Shown: in pieces, positions 29,081 through 38,382 of the stretch
How positions within the stretch are numbered: the first letter of the stretch is position 1
How the letters are laid out: every line of letters begins with the position of its first letter
Assembly: GCA_964632485.1 (NCBI GenBank)
Contig: CAZWDO010000002.1
Location: 1-64,000 of the forward strand
Source: an uncultured bacterium
Lineage (GTDB): Bacteria; JAGOEH01
Direction of reading: 5' to 3'
DNA: 64,000 nucleotides
The notes under the pieces: generated by a model
Told to the model about the DNA's origin: nothing
Databases searched by the model: none
What the model saw: only the letters and a program-made list of their open reading frames with translations
Translations under genes and position numbers: made by a program

Positions 29081-29814
29081 GTATGGTTAATTTTTAATTT
29101 GCGCGCAATGATGAATACGTTGCGTCCAAAAGTAATTTGGCCTTTAAAAAATTTTCGTTTGCCGGTTAGTTGATAGAGAATTGTAAAAATCACTCGCCAA
29201 GCTGCTAATAACGGGGAAAGTGATAATCGAAATATACCTTTAAAATGACCCTGATAGAAACCACTCCATAAAATTTCAAAGCAGGTGTCCTGTAGAAGAG
29301 TCTCCGCACGATATCGTGTAACCGGATATTGATGGGAATAATCCATCTCGTAAAAATTATTTTTGTAGTAGTTATAATCCGGAAAGGCAATGACGACTAA
29401 ACCGTTGGGCTCCAGAATTCGATGGAATTCTGAGAGTACGTGCAATACTGTTTGAAAACTATCAAAATGCTCAATAACATGGCTCATATAAACCAGAGAA
29501 ACAGTTCCGCTTTTAATCGGCAACGGAGGGATCATAGATTCGATGATGGTTTCCCTGCGTTTTTGGGCGCTAACCGCTAACTCGCGGGACCCTTCAATAC
29601 CGATATAATCAACATTGCTTATATTTAAATTCAGATGACGGTGGAAATCTCCCATCCCTACTCCGATTTCCAGTACCGTTTTTATGGGTTTGGATAGGAG
29701 CATAAACTGCCTGATCAGATTAAACTGTGACTGATACAACCTTTGTTTGATGAATGAGTCCAGAAATGTACGGCGGATAGCGCTAAAATGCCGATAATAG
29801 TTTTGATTTTTCAT
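29077..29814 (-). CDS. Class I SAM-dependent methyltransferase
   Basis: VLEIGVGMG, SHVIEH, RILEPNG. Confidence 0.88.
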   Translation of the reverse strand: MKNQNYYRHFSAIRRTFLDSFIKQRLYQSQFNLIRQFMLLSKPIKTVLEIGVGMGDFHRHLNLNISNVDYIGIEGSRELAVSAQKRRETIIESMIPPLPIKSGTVSLVYMSHVIEHFDSFQTVLHVLSEFHRILEPNGLVVIAFPDYNYYKNNFYEMDYSHQYPVTRYRAETLLQDTCFEILWSGFYQGHFKGIFRLSLSPLLAAWRVIFTILYQLTGKRKFFKGQITFGRNVFIIARKLKINHT

Positions 29815-29927
29815 TGTACTAATATAAGTAAAAATTTTAAAAAATCAATAAAAAAACATTGACTTTTAGACGAAAAATCTGTATTTTCAGCTTAATTTTA
29901 AATTGAATTTGAAGAAAGTGAATAGGT

Positions 29928-30815
29928 ATGAAAATTGATTATGAATCTTTAGACCAATGTATTTTATGTTCTTCAAAAAATATTCGCCTTTATAGATCGG
30001 AGATCAATCTTTCAGTTTGCAATGATTGTGGGTTGATATTTGATAATCCTCGTCCGACTCTCGCTTCGATCCAACACTATTATTCTCAAAGAGGCAAATA
30101 TGATACATGGCTGGAGCGAGAGCCCGTTTTGATGCGCCAATGGGACATGATGCTCACGCGCATTCTCCGTTGGATTCAGTCAGGGCGTTTGTTGGATGTG
30201 GGAGCCGGTATCGGTTTCTTTCTATCGCTGGCCCGTCAACATTTTGAAGTCGAGGGAACGGAGCTTTCTTCGGAAGCGGTCCGCCTTGCCCTGGAAAAAT
30301 TTGATTTGAGCCTGATTAATAGCGAATTGGAAAAAATTAAGTTTGACCAACCGTTTGATATTATTACGATGTTTCACGTGCTTGAACATCTCCCTTACCC
30401 GAACAAAACAATTGAGTATTGCCGAACTCTTCTAAAATCAGGTGGTTTACTCTATATTGCCGTTCCGAATGAACCGTTTTATTCTTTAAGACGTCTTTTG
30501 CCGGCTTTGTTTTCCGCTTTGGGTTTTAATAAATTTCGTTCGTTCCATCGCTGCGGATTCCGAAAGATCGATTTTTCTGAATTGGATGAATTGCATTTAT
30601 CTCATTTTTCCGAACCCATCTTGAAGAATTACTTAAAGAATAACGGATTTACCATTATTGACTCCAATATGGACCCGATTGATGCCTTTATGTTTCGCCG
30701 TGGACTCCTGCAATATCTCCGGTGGTTCATCTATGCCCTATCCTATGGGTTTAGGTTTTTAACGCGTTTAAACACGTATAATTCATTATGGGTTGTAGCA
30801 AAGAGAGATGATTGA
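29928..30815 (+). CDS. Class I SAM-dependent methyltransferase with N-terminal CxxC...CxxC
   Basis: CILC...CNDCGL, LLDVGAGIG, FHVLEHL, LKSGG. Confidence 0.88.
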   Translation: MKIDYESLDQCILCSSKNIRLYRSEINLSVCNDCGLIFDNPRPTLASIQHYYSQRGKYDTWLEREPVLMRQWDMMLTRILRWIQSGRLLDVGAGIGFFLSLARQHFEVEGTELSSEAVRLALEKFDLSLINSELEKIKFDQPFDIITMFHVLEHLPYPNKTIEYCRTLLKSGGLLYIAVPNEPFYSLRRLLPALFSALGFNKFRSFHRCGFRKIDFSELDELHLSHFSEPILKNYLKNNGFTIIDSNMDPIDAFMFRRGLLQYLRWFIYALSYGFRFLTRLNTYNSLWVVAKRDD

Positions 30816-31397
30816 TTGTTTTCGAAAAGAAATGTGTACCAGTTAGCTATTTGTTTGGTATTTTTTTTCCAACTATATTCATCGGTTAGTTGTCAAAATA
30901 AGAGTCTATTTCAAAATAGATACCAAGTTGAAGCCGCGCAGATTTTTAAGATCCCTGTGCTGATAACCTGGCCCAAATCAAAACCGGAAATTTATGACAC
31001 TACACAGCCGTTCATCATTGGAATCATCGGAAAGAGCCGCATATCCCAATTTTTGATCAATTGTAGTAAAACTGAAAAAATTAAAGATAAACATGTGATT
31101 GTGAAATCCATTCACGATATCAGTGAAATTAACTCCTGTCAAATCCTGTTTGTGGGTGAAAATGAGATATCCCGGCTCTCCTGCATTGTAGACCAAGCGA
31201 TAAAATATTCAGTTTTAACAATTTCCGATTGCAATGGATTTGGCGAGAAGGGGATATTGATTAATTTTTATATTGATGAAAATTCATGTGTTCGATTTGA
31301 AATTAATTTATACCAATTAAAATTGACTGAATTCGATTTTAGTTCCCATTTGTTAGAGTGCGCCAAGTTAATATATTTGAAGAGAGATGGTAAATGA
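30816..31397 (+). CDS. YfiR/HmsC family periplasmic regulator
   Basis: ITWP, IGIIG, CQILFV, VLTISD...GILINF...VRFEIN...SSHLL. Confidence 0.85.
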   Translation: MFSKRNVYQLAICLVFFFQLYSSVSCQNKSLFQNRYQVEAAQIFKIPVLITWPKSKPEIYDTTQPFIIGIIGKSRISQFLINCSKTEKIKDKHVIVKSIHDISEINSCQILFVGENEISRLSCIVDQAIKYSVLTISDCNGFGEKGILINFYIDENSCVRFEINLYQLKLTEFDFSSHLLECAKLIYLKRDGK

Positions 31398-33688
31398 TTC
31401 GGTTTTCAGATGTTAGAATTAAAACCAAGTTGCTGATTGTTATCTTTCTGGTTACTTTTTTAGCAGTAATCTTCTCTTCAATATGGATTATGCTGAGTGA
31501 TCTGATTTTGTTTAAGCAAGATCTATACAATAACACCCGTACTCTGATTAAAACATTATCCCCAAATTTTACAATGCCGTTATTGCTGGAAGATACAAAT
31601 CGCGCTAATCAGGGGTTACAATCATTTGAAAGTATTCGTTATATTAATGAAGCAGTTTTATTCAGCGCGAGTGATTCTTCCATTTTTGCCAGTTATAAAC
31701 GAGAGCAGAATAAACAGCAACCTACCTCCCTCCATGCTATTCAGGAAGGATTCTTCGATCAGTATTTAAATATTATCGAACCGGTAGTCTATCGTGAAAG
31801 AAGTAGTGGGGAAGAGACTGGAGAATATCGTGAAAAATTGCTGGGATATTTATATGTGAATTGCGAAATCAAGGAGTTTCGGGAACGGATTCGGGCATAC
31901 TTACTCAATGCTCTTTTAATTATTGGTCTGGTCTTGTTAGTTTCATTTCTGCTGGCGCTCAGTATTCAGAAAATATTCACGCGTCCGTTGAGCCAATTGT
32001 CCAAGATTGCTAAGAATATATCGGAGAAAGGAGATTATTCTCTACGTGTTGAGAAGCGATCGAATGATGAAATCGGAACACTTTATGATGCATTTAATTC
32101 TATGCTGGAACGGGTCCACAAGCGGGATATCGAACGGGACAATATCCAGCAAAAACTTGAACATACGAGAAATTTTTTTCAAAATGTTATTAATTCCATG
32201 CCTTCTCTTTTGATTACCACCGATCAGTTGGGTCGGATTACTCAGATGAATGAAGCGGCTGAAAAAATTTTTGGCTATCATTTTAAGCATTCAAGCCCTC
32301 CCTGCTTTTGGGAACTATCCCCTTTATTCGAGAAATACCGGGAACTCTGCTACGACGTGCTTGAAAAAAAAGCGCTTCGTCAGTTAATGGTTGAGCCAAT
32401 CAGTCTTGATGAGGATTTACATTATTTCAACATTACGCTTTATCCCTTTGCGGTTGATACAACCCTCGGGCTGGTGATTCGTTTCGATGATGTTTCAGAT
32501 GCGGTAAAAAAAGATCAACAGCTTCGTCAGGCACAAAAAATGGAGACAATAGGAACCCTGGTCGGGGGTATTGCTCATGATTTCAATAATGTGTTGGGGG
32601 GGATTATTGGAACGATTTCTCTTTTAAAATATCGGTTGGAGCAAAATGACGGGTTTCAAAAAACTCAAATTTTACCTTTTTTGGAATCGATCGATAAAAC
32701 GTCGCAGCGAGCTGCGGAAATGGTGATGCAATTATTGGCTCTTTCGCGAAAACAAGAGTTTTCCGTAAAAAATATCGATCTGCATGAATCAATGGAACAT
32801 GTGTTGAACATTTGCCGAAGCACATTTGATAAATCAGTCGAAATTAAAGTACAATATCCCGATGAACCGGCTATTATTATGGGCGATGCCACTCAGTTGG
32901 AACAAATTCTTTTAAATATTTGTTTGAATGCGTATCATGCCATGACTATTATGCGTTCCCCGGAAGAATGCCGAGGAGGAGTCTTGTCAGTTTATTTACG
33001 TAAATTTTTTGCTGACACCTATTTTTGCAGTCTGCATCCCGAAGCCCACGAAATTGAATACTGGAATTTATCAGTACATGATAATGGGGTTGGCATGAAT
33101 CCGGAAACTATGTCCAAGATTTTTGATCCTTTTTTTACAACAAAGGATAAAGACAAAGGAACCGGGCTGGGACTGACAATGGTTTATAATATCATAGCGC
33201 AACACAAGGGTTTCAATACGGTTTGGTCTGAACTGGGTCAAGGGACAGGGTTCAATGTTTATTTACCTGCGGCAGATATTGGTTTGTTTGAAGAACCCCA
33301 GGAAAAAAAATATAGAGTTACTAAAGGGAAAGGTAAAATTTTTATCATTGACGATGAAGAAATTATCCGCCAGGTTGCTGAAGAAATTCTGCTTGAATGC
33401 GGATATAGCGTAATCTGCGCGACAAATGGTGATGAAGCCATCGCTCTTTATAAACAGTTTTATCCGTCAATAGACCTGGTATTGCTTGATATCGTGATGC
33501 CAAAAAAATCAGGCAAGGAAGTCTTTCTCGAAATGATTGAAATAAATCCCTCCGCCCGAATTATTGTCAGTTCCGGATTCCGGTATGATGATCGGGTAGA
33601 TTTTCTGTTGAATAAAGGCGCGATTGGTTTTATCCAGAAACCTTACACCATGGATCAGTTAATAGAAACGATTCAAAGTTTAAACTAA
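31394..33688 (+). CDS. Hybrid sensor histidine kinase (periplasmic sensor, HAMP, PAS, HisKA/HATPase, receiver)
   Basis: DEIGTLYDAFNSM HAMP; QAQKMETIG..GGIAHDFNN; GTGLGL; IIDDE...LLDIVMP...QKP. Confidence 0.93.
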   Translation: MIRFSDVRIKTKLLIVIFLVTFLAVIFSSIWIMLSDLILFKQDLYNNTRTLIKTLSPNFTMPLLLEDTNRANQGLQSFESIRYINEAVLFSASDSSIFASYKREQNKQQPTSLHAIQEGFFDQYLNIIEPVVYRERSSGEETGEYREKLLGYLYVNCEIKEFRERIRAYLLNALLIIGLVLLVSFLLALSIQKIFTRPLSQLSKIAKNISEKGDYSLRVEKRSNDEIGTLYDAFNSMLERVHKRDIERDNIQQKLEHTRNFFQNVINSMPSLLITTDQLGRITQMNEAAEKIFGYHFKHSSPPCFWELSPLFEKYRELCYDVLEKKALRQLMVEPISLDEDLHYFNITLYPFAVDTTLGLVIRFDDVSDAVKKDQQLRQAQKMETIGTLVGGIAHDFNNVLGGIIGTISLLKYRLEQNDGFQKTQILPFLESIDKTSQRAAEMVMQLLALSRKQEFSVKNIDLHESMEHVLNICRSTFDKSVEIKVQYPDEPAIIMGDATQLEQILLNICLNAYHAMTIMRSPEECRGGVLSVYLRKFFADTYFCSLHPEAHEIEYWNLSVHDNGVGMNPETMSKIFDPFFTTKDKDKGTGLGLTMVYNIIAQHKGFNTVWSELGQGTGFNVYLPAADIGLFEEPQEKKYRVTKGKGKIFIIDDEEIIRQVAEEILLECGYSVICATNGDEAIALYKQFYPSIDLVLLDIVMPKKSGKEVFLEMIEINPSARIIVSSGFRYDDRVDFLLNKGAIGFIQKPYTMDQLIETIQSLN

Positions 33689-34129
33689 TTGAAGCTTCAA
33701 TAATCCCTGCAGAATTACCCAACTATAAATGCCAGCTAAAGCATCATCAGCCATAACGCCCCATCCCTGGGGAAGATCCTGGATTTTATCGATTGGCCAG
33801 GGTTTCCAAACATCGAACACGCGGAAAAGAATCAATCCGGCAATCAATGTCGGAATACGAATCGGAACTGCGGCCAATGTCAACCACATGCCAAATATTT
33901 CATCGATAACAATGCTTTTAGCATCATGGCCTAATTGTTTCTCAGCGACACTTGATGTATAAACACCGACAAAAAAAGTGATGATCATCAGTATCCCGTA
34001 CTGCGCCGCAGCAAGAGGGAAAAAAAGCCAGGCTATAACCAGAGCTAAAATACTGCCCATTGTTCCCGGGAAAAAAGGTATTAAACCAGAGCCCAGACCC
34101 GTAGCCAAAAAAAAAGATAATTTCTTCAC
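33680..34129 (-). CDS. pgpA: Phosphatidylglycerophosphatase A
   Basis: PGTMGS, IVIDE, LFRVFDVWKP, GVMADD. Confidence 0.93.
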   Translation of the reverse strand: MKKLSFFLATGLGSGLIPFFPGTMGSILALVIAWLFFPLAAAQYGILMIITFFVGVYTSSVAEKQLGHDAKSIVIDEIFGMWLTLAAVPIRIPTLIAGLILFRVFDVWKPWPIDKIQDLPQGWGVMADDALAGIYSWVILQGLLKLQLV

Positions 34130-34695
34130 TAAATATCTCCTGCAAAAATTTTTTTAGATTTTACAATATAATCATAGCCGGATAAATAAGTCAACAATAA
34201 TGAAGTGTACGCCAAAAAGTCGATAATCCCCATTTGATAATTCAGCGGAATCCAGTATAGCATTAAATTTGGAAATAAACAGACAACGAGAGCCCAGGTG
34301 GTCAGTGACATTTGGAATATTGTTTTTAGTTTTCCAAGACGGGAGGCCTGAATAGCAATTCCTTTGTATGCGGCGAGTGTCCGCATTCCCGTTATCAGAA
34401 ATTCCCGCACAAGTATTAATGCGATGATCCAGGCTTTAAGGTAACCGCTTTCAATTAGAACCAAAAAAATAATGGTTACTAATATTTTATCCGCCAATGG
34501 ATCGAAAAATTTTCCAAATCCAGTGATAACGCCTGTTTTACGGGCAAGATAACCGTCATAAATATCGGAAAGAATAGCTAAAACATAGATAAAAAAAGCG
34601 ATTGGCCTGGCATAAAGTTGAGGCATGTAGAAAAAAATAAGAAAAATAAAGGCCAGAAATATGCGGGAGAGTGTAATCCGATTAGGTAGGTTCAT
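34129..34695 (-). CDS. pgsA: CDP-diacylglycerol-glycerol-3-phosphate 3-phosphatidyltransferase
   Basis: MNLPNRITLSR start; DIYDGYLAR...GKFFDPLADK. Confidence 0.93.
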   Translation of the reverse strand: MNLPNRITLSRIFLAFIFLIFFYMPQLYARPIAFFIYVLAILSDIYDGYLARKTGVITGFGKFFDPLADKILVTIIFLVLIESGYLKAWIIALILVREFLITGMRTLAAYKGIAIQASRLGKLKTIFQMSLTTWALVVCLFPNLMLYWIPLNYQMGIIDFLAYTSLLLTYLSGYDYIVKSKKIFAGDI

Positions 34696-35290
34696 CGTTG
34701 AATGATCGACGGTTAAAAAAAGCATTCTTGATTGTCATTTGATCGGAAAATTCAAGATCTCCGCCAAAAGGTAATCCTTTGCCGATACGTGTGACAATGC
34801 AGGAGTAGGGTTCGAGCAACCGTTTAAGAAATAATGCGGTCATTTCTCCGGGTATGTTTGAATTCGTGGCGATGATAATTTCGCGAGTTTCTTCAGAGAG
34901 TCGGGGAAGGAGTGTGTTGATATTTAGTTTGTCGGCAGTCATCCCATCTGTTGGCGATAAGGCTCCTTTAAGAACATGATAGTATCCGTTGTAAGCCCGG
35001 CTTCTTTCAATGGCTAAAAGGTCTTTGGGTGTTTCGACTATACAGATACTGTGCCGGTCCCGATCGTGAGACTGGCAGATCGAACACGGATCAGTTTCGT
35101 CAAGGTTCCCGCAAATAGAGCAAAAAAGAATCGCTTTGCGGGACTCGCTTAGATTTTCAGTAAATTCCCGGGTAAAATTTTCATCCTGAAAAACCAGATA
35201 GAAAGCCAATCGTTCGGCAGTTTTAATACCGATGCCCGGTAATTTCATGAACTCTTCAATGATAATATTGAGAGGCTTGCAATGATACAT
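34682..35290 (-). CDS. recR: Recombination mediator RecR
   Basis: LPGIGIKTAERLA, C4 zinc finger, CIVETP, YHVLKG TOPRIM. Confidence 0.96.
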   Translation of the reverse strand: MYHCKPLNIIIEEFMKLPGIGIKTAERLAFYLVFQDENFTREFTENLSESRKAILFCSICGNLDETDPCSICQSHDRDRHSICIVETPKDLLAIERSRAYNGYYHVLKGALSPTDGMTADKLNINTLLPRLSEETREIIIATNSNIPGEMTALFLKRLLEPYSCIVTRIGKGLPFGGDLEFSDQMTIKNAFFNRRSFNDEPT

Positions 35291-35291
35291 A

Positions 35292-35612
35292 TTAAAAATT
35301 GAGACCCGGAATCTTTAAGTTTCCGGTCAGCGCGGAGATCTGTTCATTGGAAGCCTTTTCAATTTGGTCCAGGGCATCATTGATCGCTGTCAGCAAAAGA
35401 TCCTGAAGCATTTCGATATCTTCCGGGTCAACGACTTCCGGCGCCAATTCCATTTTAGTCATTTTTTTGGAACCATTAATATAAGCTTTCACGACCCCGC
35501 CGCCTGCGGACCCGATAAATGTTTGGGCTTCTAACTGTGTCTGGTAGTCCATCATTTTTTGCTGGGCTTTTTGAGCTTCCTTCAACATGTTCTGGATTTG
35601 CTTATTCTTCAT
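35292..35612 (-). CDS. ybaB: YbaB/EbfC nucleoid-associated protein
   Basis: GSAGGGVV, DIEMLQDLL; dnaX-ybaB-recR synteny; start moved to 35612. Confidence 0.92.
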   Translation of the reverse strand: MKNKQIQNMLKEAQKAQQKMMDYQTQLEAQTFIGSAGGGVVKAYINGSKKMTKMELAPEVVDPEDIEMLQDLLLTAINDALDQIEKASNEQISALTGNLKIPGLNF

Positions 35613-37263
35613 ATTTGTTCCTTTTTGTTTTGCGTTTGCTTTTATCGATGATTTCACCGTTAAATTGATTGAGAATATAATCAATGGCCGGGTATTGGGC
35701 TTTATAATCATCCAGGGTTTTGGTTTTTATTTGGTAAACTGTTTGATTGTGCTCGCTGGGTGACTGGGATTGATGATTTTCTGTTAATTCCACCAGTACG
35801 TCGATACGATAGGGATTTGATTGCTTTTGATTAAATAACAGTTCGATTCTGCGAAAATTTTCCCTTTTGTTTATGAATTCTTGTATAAACGAATTGCCGT
35901 CCTTTATAGTTAGATTAATCACTCTGTTTTCTGCATCATATTGAGTGATTTGGCTGTTATCCAAATATTGGGCCAATTGGTTTTTATCTTCGTTGCGAAG
36001 CGTCTCAATACCCTGTTTCAAAAGAATAGTCAGTTGTTCCAGGTCGATTTGAGGTTGCTCGATTGTCTGGTTTTCAGTGGTATGAGATTCCGGTTTATTT
36101 TCTGATATGGCCTGAGTTTGACGGGGGACGAGATTCTTGAGCTGCAAAATGATAGGCTCAATATCCTGCATGGGATTAAGGGAAAAAAGCTTAAAAATGA
36201 ACATTTCCAATTGAACCGAATGACGGCTTGAGTATTTGATCAAGGGTTCATAGCGGGTAGCAATCGACAGCATGCGATAGAGATCGACAAGCGCATAGGA
36301 TTCAGCCAGTTGCTGCAGGAAGGGGATTTCATCTTCGGGAATACCAAAAATAGCGTCGGGCTGCGATTCCATTTTAATGATAATCAGATTGCGGATATAC
36401 TCCATGATCCCGGTTAAAAACTCACCGATATCAGCGCCGGAATACAGGAGAGTGTTGACAAGTTCCAATCCCTGATAAATATTTTTTTCTTTAAGAGCTT
36501 GAAAAAGTGAGTGATAGGTAGCCGTACCTGTTACTCCCAGCAGTTTTTCAACTTCATTGACACGGATCTGGTTTCCGCAGAAAGAGATTACCTGGTCAAA
36601 AATTGATTCTGAATCGCGCATACTGCCTTCGGCTTTGCGGGCAATCAGTTGTAATGCGGCATCGGGAACGGTATAATTTTCATTGTCTGCGATCATTGTT
36701 AACTGCTTGACGATATTTTCACGGGGAATACGTTTAAAATCGTAGCGTTGACAGCGGGAAAGAATTGTGATGGGAATGCGGTGCGGTTCGGTGGTGGCGA
36801 AAATGAATATCACACGGGGAGGGGGTTCTTCCAGGGTCTTCAATAAAGCGTTGAATGCCTGTTCGGTCAACATGTGGACTTCATCAATAATATATACTTT
36901 ATATTTCCCTTGAGTCGGAGAGTAGTTGATGTTTTCTCGCAACGAGCGGATTTCATCGATTCCGCGATTAGACGCGCCATCGATTTCCAGCACATCCAGC
37001 GAATTGCCTTCGGTGATTTGAATACACGCTTTGCAAACATTGCAGGGTTGAATAGAAGTTCCTTTGTCGCAATTCAAGGCTTTAGCAAAGATGCGGGCGG
37101 TTGTTGTTTTTCCGACACCTCGAGGACCTGTAAATAAGTAGGCGTGCGCAATCCGTCCACTGGAAATTGCGTTTTCTAATGTTTGGGAAATATGATCCTG
37201 GCCGATAACTTCGGTAAAGGTGTTTGGGCGATATTTTCTTGCAGAAACTTGATATTCGTTCAT
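35602..37263 (-). CDS. dnaX: DNA polymerase III subunit gamma/tau
   Basis: ARKYRP, GPRGVGKTT, IDEVHML, SRC; start at MNEYQ (37263). Confidence 0.97.
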   Translation of the reverse strand: MNEYQVSARKYRPNTFTEVIGQDHISQTLENAISSGRIAHAYLFTGPRGVGKTTTARIFAKALNCDKGTSIQPCNVCKACIQITEGNSLDVLEIDGASNRGIDEIRSLRENINYSPTQGKYKVYIIDEVHMLTEQAFNALLKTLEEPPPRVIFIFATTEPHRIPITILSRCQRYDFKRIPRENIVKQLTMIADNENYTVPDAALQLIARKAEGSMRDSESIFDQVISFCGNQIRVNEVEKLLGVTGTATYHSLFQALKEKNIYQGLELVNTLLYSGADIGEFLTGIMEYIRNLIIIKMESQPDAIFGIPEDEIPFLQQLAESYALVDLYRMLSIATRYEPLIKYSSRHSVQLEMFIFKLFSLNPMQDIEPIILQLKNLVPRQTQAISENKPESHTTENQTIEQPQIDLEQLTILLKQGIETLRNEDKNQLAQYLDNSQITQYDAENRVINLTIKDGNSFIQEFINKRENFRRIELLFNQKQSNPYRIDVLVELTENHQSQSPSEHNQTVYQIKTKTLDDYKAQYPAIDYILNQFNGEIIDKSKRKTKRNKYEE

Positions 37264-37300
37264 ATAATTCCTGAAATATGTGAAAAAAAAAGCGATTATA

Positions 37301-37405
37301 AGCCAACCAGGTTGAACACCAACACATAAAATTACCACCTGCCGTTGCTACCTTCCGGTCCTGGCGGAGTTCAGTGGATTTTATTGCAGCGGAACCTGAT
37401 TGGCT
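37301..37405 (-). ncRNA. ffs: Signal recognition particle RNA (small, 4.5S type)
   Basis: Domain IV CCAGGACCGGAAGGTAGCAACGG; closing stem AGCCAATCAGGTT/AACCTGGTTGGCT; upstream of dnaX. Confidence 0.93.
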
Positions 37406-37418
37406 AATAACCGCTAAG

Positions 37419-37491
37419 TGGAGCAGAGCGGAATCGAACCGCCGGCCTCAGCCTTGCGAAAGCTGCGCTCTCCCAACTGAGCTACTGCCCC
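37419..37491 (-). tRNA. tRNA-Ala(CGC)
   Basis: GGGGCAG acceptor with G3:U70, anticodon loop TTCGCAA, GGTTCGATTCC. Confidence 0.95.
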
Positions 37492-37498
37492 GATACGA

Positions 37499-37589
37499 CG
37501 GAGAGAGAGGGATTCGAACCCTCGGTACCACTTTGAATGATACACACGATTTCCAATCGTGCTCCTTCAGCCAACTCGGACATCTCTCC
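37499..37589 (-). tRNA. tRNA-Ser(GGA)
   Basis: GGAGAGA acceptor, anticodon loop TTGGAAA, long variable arm. Confidence 0.95.
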
Positions 37590-37612
37590 CAAATCTATTA
37601 AAGTAAGTTAAG

Positions 37613-37699
37613 CGGAGAAGGTGGGATTCGAACCCACGGACCGCGTAAACGGTCAACGGTTTTCGAGACCGTCCCATTCAACCACTCTGGCACCTCTCC
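37613..37699 (-). tRNA. tRNA-Ser(CGA)
   Basis: GGAGAGG acceptor, anticodon loop CTCGAAA, long variable arm. Confidence 0.95.
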
Positions 37700-38169
37700 G
37701 AACTTCGTTTTTGGCGAAAAAAATCCTGTATTAAACCTCGGGACGCTTCTTCCAGTAATCCCGATTGTATAATCACCTGGTGGTTTAAGCGTTTATCGGA
37801 GTGAATCGCATACAAGGTGCCGTAAGCGCCGCCTTTGGAATCACTGCATCCATAACAGACCCGAAAAATCCGGGTTTGCCATAACGCTCCCGCGCACATG
37901 ATACACGGTTCCATCGTTACGTAGAGTTCGCACCCGATCAACCGACTATGCCCCGTTGAGCGCAAGGCCGCCTGGATAGCGCGTATTTCTGCATGCGCTG
38001 TCCCGTCCCGCAAGGTCTCAACTAAATTGTATCCCTCGCCAATGATGCGTTCATCTTTTACGATAACCGCTCCAACGGGAACTTCGTTATGCAAAAAAGC
38101 TTGCCGCGCTAATTCGAGCGCGCGATGCATAAACCGTTCATCTCTGGAACCGGTGTTCGTGTCCGGCAC
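37678..38169 (-). CDS. tadA: tRNA-specific adenosine deaminase
   Basis: EVPVGAV, TAHAE, EPCIMC. Confidence 0.93.
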   Translation of the reverse strand: MPDTNTGSRDERFMHRALELARQAFLHNEVPVGAVIVKDERIIGEGYNLVETLRDGTAHAEIRAIQAALRSTGHSRLIGCELYVTMEPCIMCAGALWQTRIFRVCYGCSDSKGGAYGTLYAIHSDKRLNHQVIIQSGLLEEASRGLIQDFFRQKRSSERCQSG

Positions 38170-38228
38170 GCTTAACTCCTTAATTCTTTTATGTAACAGA
38201 TCAAGCAGAACTCTTCAATAAGTGCACT

Positions 38229-38257
38229 ATTATAATACATGTCGCAAAAAATTGCAA
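38229..38257 (-). promoter_or_regulatory. Sigma70-type promoter of the tadA-tRNA-ffs-dnaX run
   Basis: Minus TTGCAA(38257-38252)-17-TATAAT(38234-38229). Confidence 0.7.
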
Positions 38258-38382
38258 GCGTTTTTTTAATAAAATTATTTTTTTCTGCTTTTTCAGTGAG
38301 TTAAATGATATCCTCCCGGCCATCCCAAATGGATATAAGGAATCTCAACCCGGGTCGGATGAGGTTTTTAAGCGCGGCAGTT

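Noticed and set aside
35602..36200. dnaX -1 frameshift signal
   Set aside because: No A AAA AAG slippery site or long A run seen in the expected region of the coding strand
37374..37601. 75-aa ORF (and the 63-aa ORF at 47217-47408)
   Set aside because: Antisense shadows of tRNA genes
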